Below are positions 24,780-26,450 of a DNA stretch of 26,450 nucleotides, piece by piece (position 1 is the first letter of the stretch; each line of letters begins with the position of its first letter). The DNA is from a virus (lineage: Duplodnaviria > Caudoviricetes): positions 1-26,450 of IMG/VR virus record IMGVR_UViG_3300034283_000651; one strand, 5' to 3'. Position numbers and translations under genes: made by a program. The notes under the pieces are model-generated. The model saw nothing but the letters and a program-made list of their open reading frames with translations, was not told where the DNA came from and did not search any database.

Positions 24780-24809
24780 AAATTTTTATTAACCAAAAAT
24801 CACAAACAA

Positions 24810-25634
24810 ATGTCAAATTTAACCTTGAAGTCAATCTTCGAAAAAGACGCGGTAAAATCCAAAATGAACGAACTACTTGGAAGCCGTGCAACTGGTTTTG
24901 TTACTTCAGTTTTACAAGTAACTTCAAACAACGCGCTTTTATCAAAAGCCGAACCGATGTCAGTTTATAACGCCGCAATGACAGCCGCCGCGCTTGACCT
25001 TCCAATAAACCAAAATTTGGGTTTTGCTTGGATCGTTCCGTACAAAGGTCACGCACAATTTCAAATGGGTTGGAAAGGTTACGTTCAACTGGCACAACGC
25101 ACTGGTCAATACAGCAAAATTAACGTCGTGAAAGTTTACGAAAACCAGTTCAAAAGATTTAGCGCATTACACGAAGAACTTGACGCTGACTTTAACCTTG
25201 AACCTGAAGGTCAGGTTATCGGTTACGCGGCGTATTTCAAACTGATTAACGGATTTGAAAAAACGACTTATTGGACAAAAGACCAAGCCGCCGAACATGG
25301 AAAACGTTTTTCGCAAACGTTCAACAATGGACCATGGAAATCAGACTTTGACGCAATGGCAATGAAAGCACTATTGAAGAACACGCTTTCAAAATGGGGA
25401 ATTCTTTCAATTGAAATTCAGAAAGCAAATATTGCGGATCAAGCTGTTGTTACAGATTTTGAAACAAATGACGTTGATTACGTTGACGCTGGTGAAGCTT
25501 TACCGACAATATCAGACACCGAACTATTGAAAGCAAAAGCCGAAATAAAAGCTGGAAACACAACAGCCGAAAACGTTTCAAACCTATTTGATTTAACTGA
25601 CGAACAACTTAATGAACTTACAAATGAAGACTAA
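24810..25634 (+). CDS. recT: RecT-family single-strand annealing recombinase
   Basis: AAALDLPINQNLGFAWIVPY, AQFQMGWKGYVQLAQRTGQY and PWKSDFDAMAMK are characteristic RecT blocks. Confidence 0.92.
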   Translation: MSNLTLKSIFEKDAVKSKMNELLGSRATGFVTSVLQVTSNNALLSKAEPMSVYNAAMTAAALDLPINQNLGFAWIVPYKGHAQFQMGWKGYVQLAQRTGQYSKINVVKVYENQFKRFSALHEELDADFNLEPEGQVIGYAAYFKLINGFEKTTYWTKDQAAEHGKRFSQTFNNGPWKSDFDAMAMKALLKNTLSKWGILSIEIQKANIADQAVVTDFETNDVDYVDAGEALPTISDTELLKAKAEIKAGNTTAENVSNLFDLTDEQLNELTNED

Positions 25635-26450
25635 AAAATTTCGTTGTTCTTCTTTTGGTCGTTTAATGACTGGCGCGGTACTTCCAACCGCGTCACGTCT
25701 GACCGAAGCGCAACAAAAAGAACTTTCAACACTATTGGAAAAAGTAAAGCTGACAGATATTCAAGCAAAAAAACGCGACGAATTAATTTCAAAGCGTGAC
25801 ACGCCAGTCGAACCGAAACTTTCTGAAGGTGCGAAAACGTACATTGAAGAAGAATTTTTGAAAGAACGTTTTGATTACGGCTTTCGTTTCACAAATCGTT
25901 TCATTGAAAAAGGCAAAGAGGTTGAAGAACGTTCGATTCGTCAGGTTGGTGCGTTACTTGGTTATCCATTCGCAACGAAAGCACCTGAAAACTACCTTGA
26001 AAACGATTTCATTTGTTCGTCAGGTTATGACTGGAAAGTAAAGAATTTTGTCTTTGACCAAAAAAACGTTTGGTCGCCTTCAGGCTTGAAACTTTTCGAC
26101 AATGACAAAGACCTTTCAGTTTATGAATGGCAAATTCGCGGTTACGCAATGCTAATCAATGAACTTGAAAACGGATCAATTGAAGCTGGTGCGGTCATTC
26201 GTTCGTTAATGAATCCTTCAGCGGAACTAATCTTTAAACAAGCGCGTCTTTTATGGGTTGAAGCTGGAAACAATTACAGCGACGAAATACCTGAATCGTT
26301 TCTTCTTGAGGTCGAAAAAGAATTTGATTTTGAAGGCAAGTTTCCAAATATTGCCGACCGAGTAAGAATTCACCGCGTCGAATGTACACAAGAACATTTT
26401 GAATTGATTCGAATTTACGTCAAACTGGCGCAAGAATATTATAATTCACT
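25624..26450 (+). CDS. YqaJ/lambda-exonuclease-like PD-(D/E)xK nuclease (runs off the window; not in ORF track)
   Basis: MKTKKFRCSSFGRLMT...KG.EVEE...SGYD...FDQK...YEWQIRGY; open to the window end and paired with RecT. Confidence 0.8.
   Translation, partial: MKTKKFRCSSFGRLMTGAVLPTASRLTEAQQKELSTLLEKVKLTDIQAKKRDELISKRDTPVEPKLSEGAKTYIEEEFLKERFDYGFRFTNRFIEKGKEVEERSIRQVGALLGYPFATKAPENYLENDFICSSGYDWKVKNFVFDQKNVWSPSGLKLFDNDKDLSVYEWQIRGYAMLINELENGSIEAGAVIRSLMNPSAELIFKQARLLWVEAGNNYSDEIPESFLLEVEKEFDFEGKFPNIADRVRIHRVECTQEHFELIRIYVKLAQEYYNS

Noticed and set aside
880-26433. Minus-strand and nested ORFs in the ORF track (e.g. 4839-5351, 5836-6063, 16318-16713, 24060-24338)
   Set aside because: They are shadows of well-supported + strand genes, with no motifs, leaders or promoters.

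Overview
A 26.4-kb fragment of a tailed dsDNA phage or prophage, probably a siphovirus (long tape-measure protein, no sheath gene). The host is probably in Bacteroidota, possibly Flavobacteriia, judged from repeated TTG-N18-TAnnTTTG promoters and A-rich leaders without Shine-Dalgarno sequences. All credible genes are on the + strand. Late module (1-18405): end of a probable prohead protease, HK97-type major capsid, head-tail and tail proteins, tape measure, tail-tip proteins, a modular fibre/receptor-binding cassette, and lysis genes (membrane proteins, holin, M15 peptidase endolysin). Early module (18692-26450): small unknown genes, an N6A/N4C methyltransferase, a DnaA-domain-IV-like HTH protein, a C5 methyltransferase, a VRR-NUC nuclease, a replication initiator and its partner, RecT and a truncated exonuclease. 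The most unusual signals are non-coding. (i) Two tandem promoter - GCCA-tetraloop hairpin - terminator units sit at the late/early boundary, and their single-stranded arms are complementary to translation-initiation regions of early genes; a third similar element lies at 20341-20418. (ii) An 8-bp kissing-loop/attenuator RNA precedes the replication gene. (iii) Twin conserved-stem hairpins precede the capsid gene. (iv) Every GATC I found lies in a GGATC/GATCC context. All calls come from manual reading; no searches were run.
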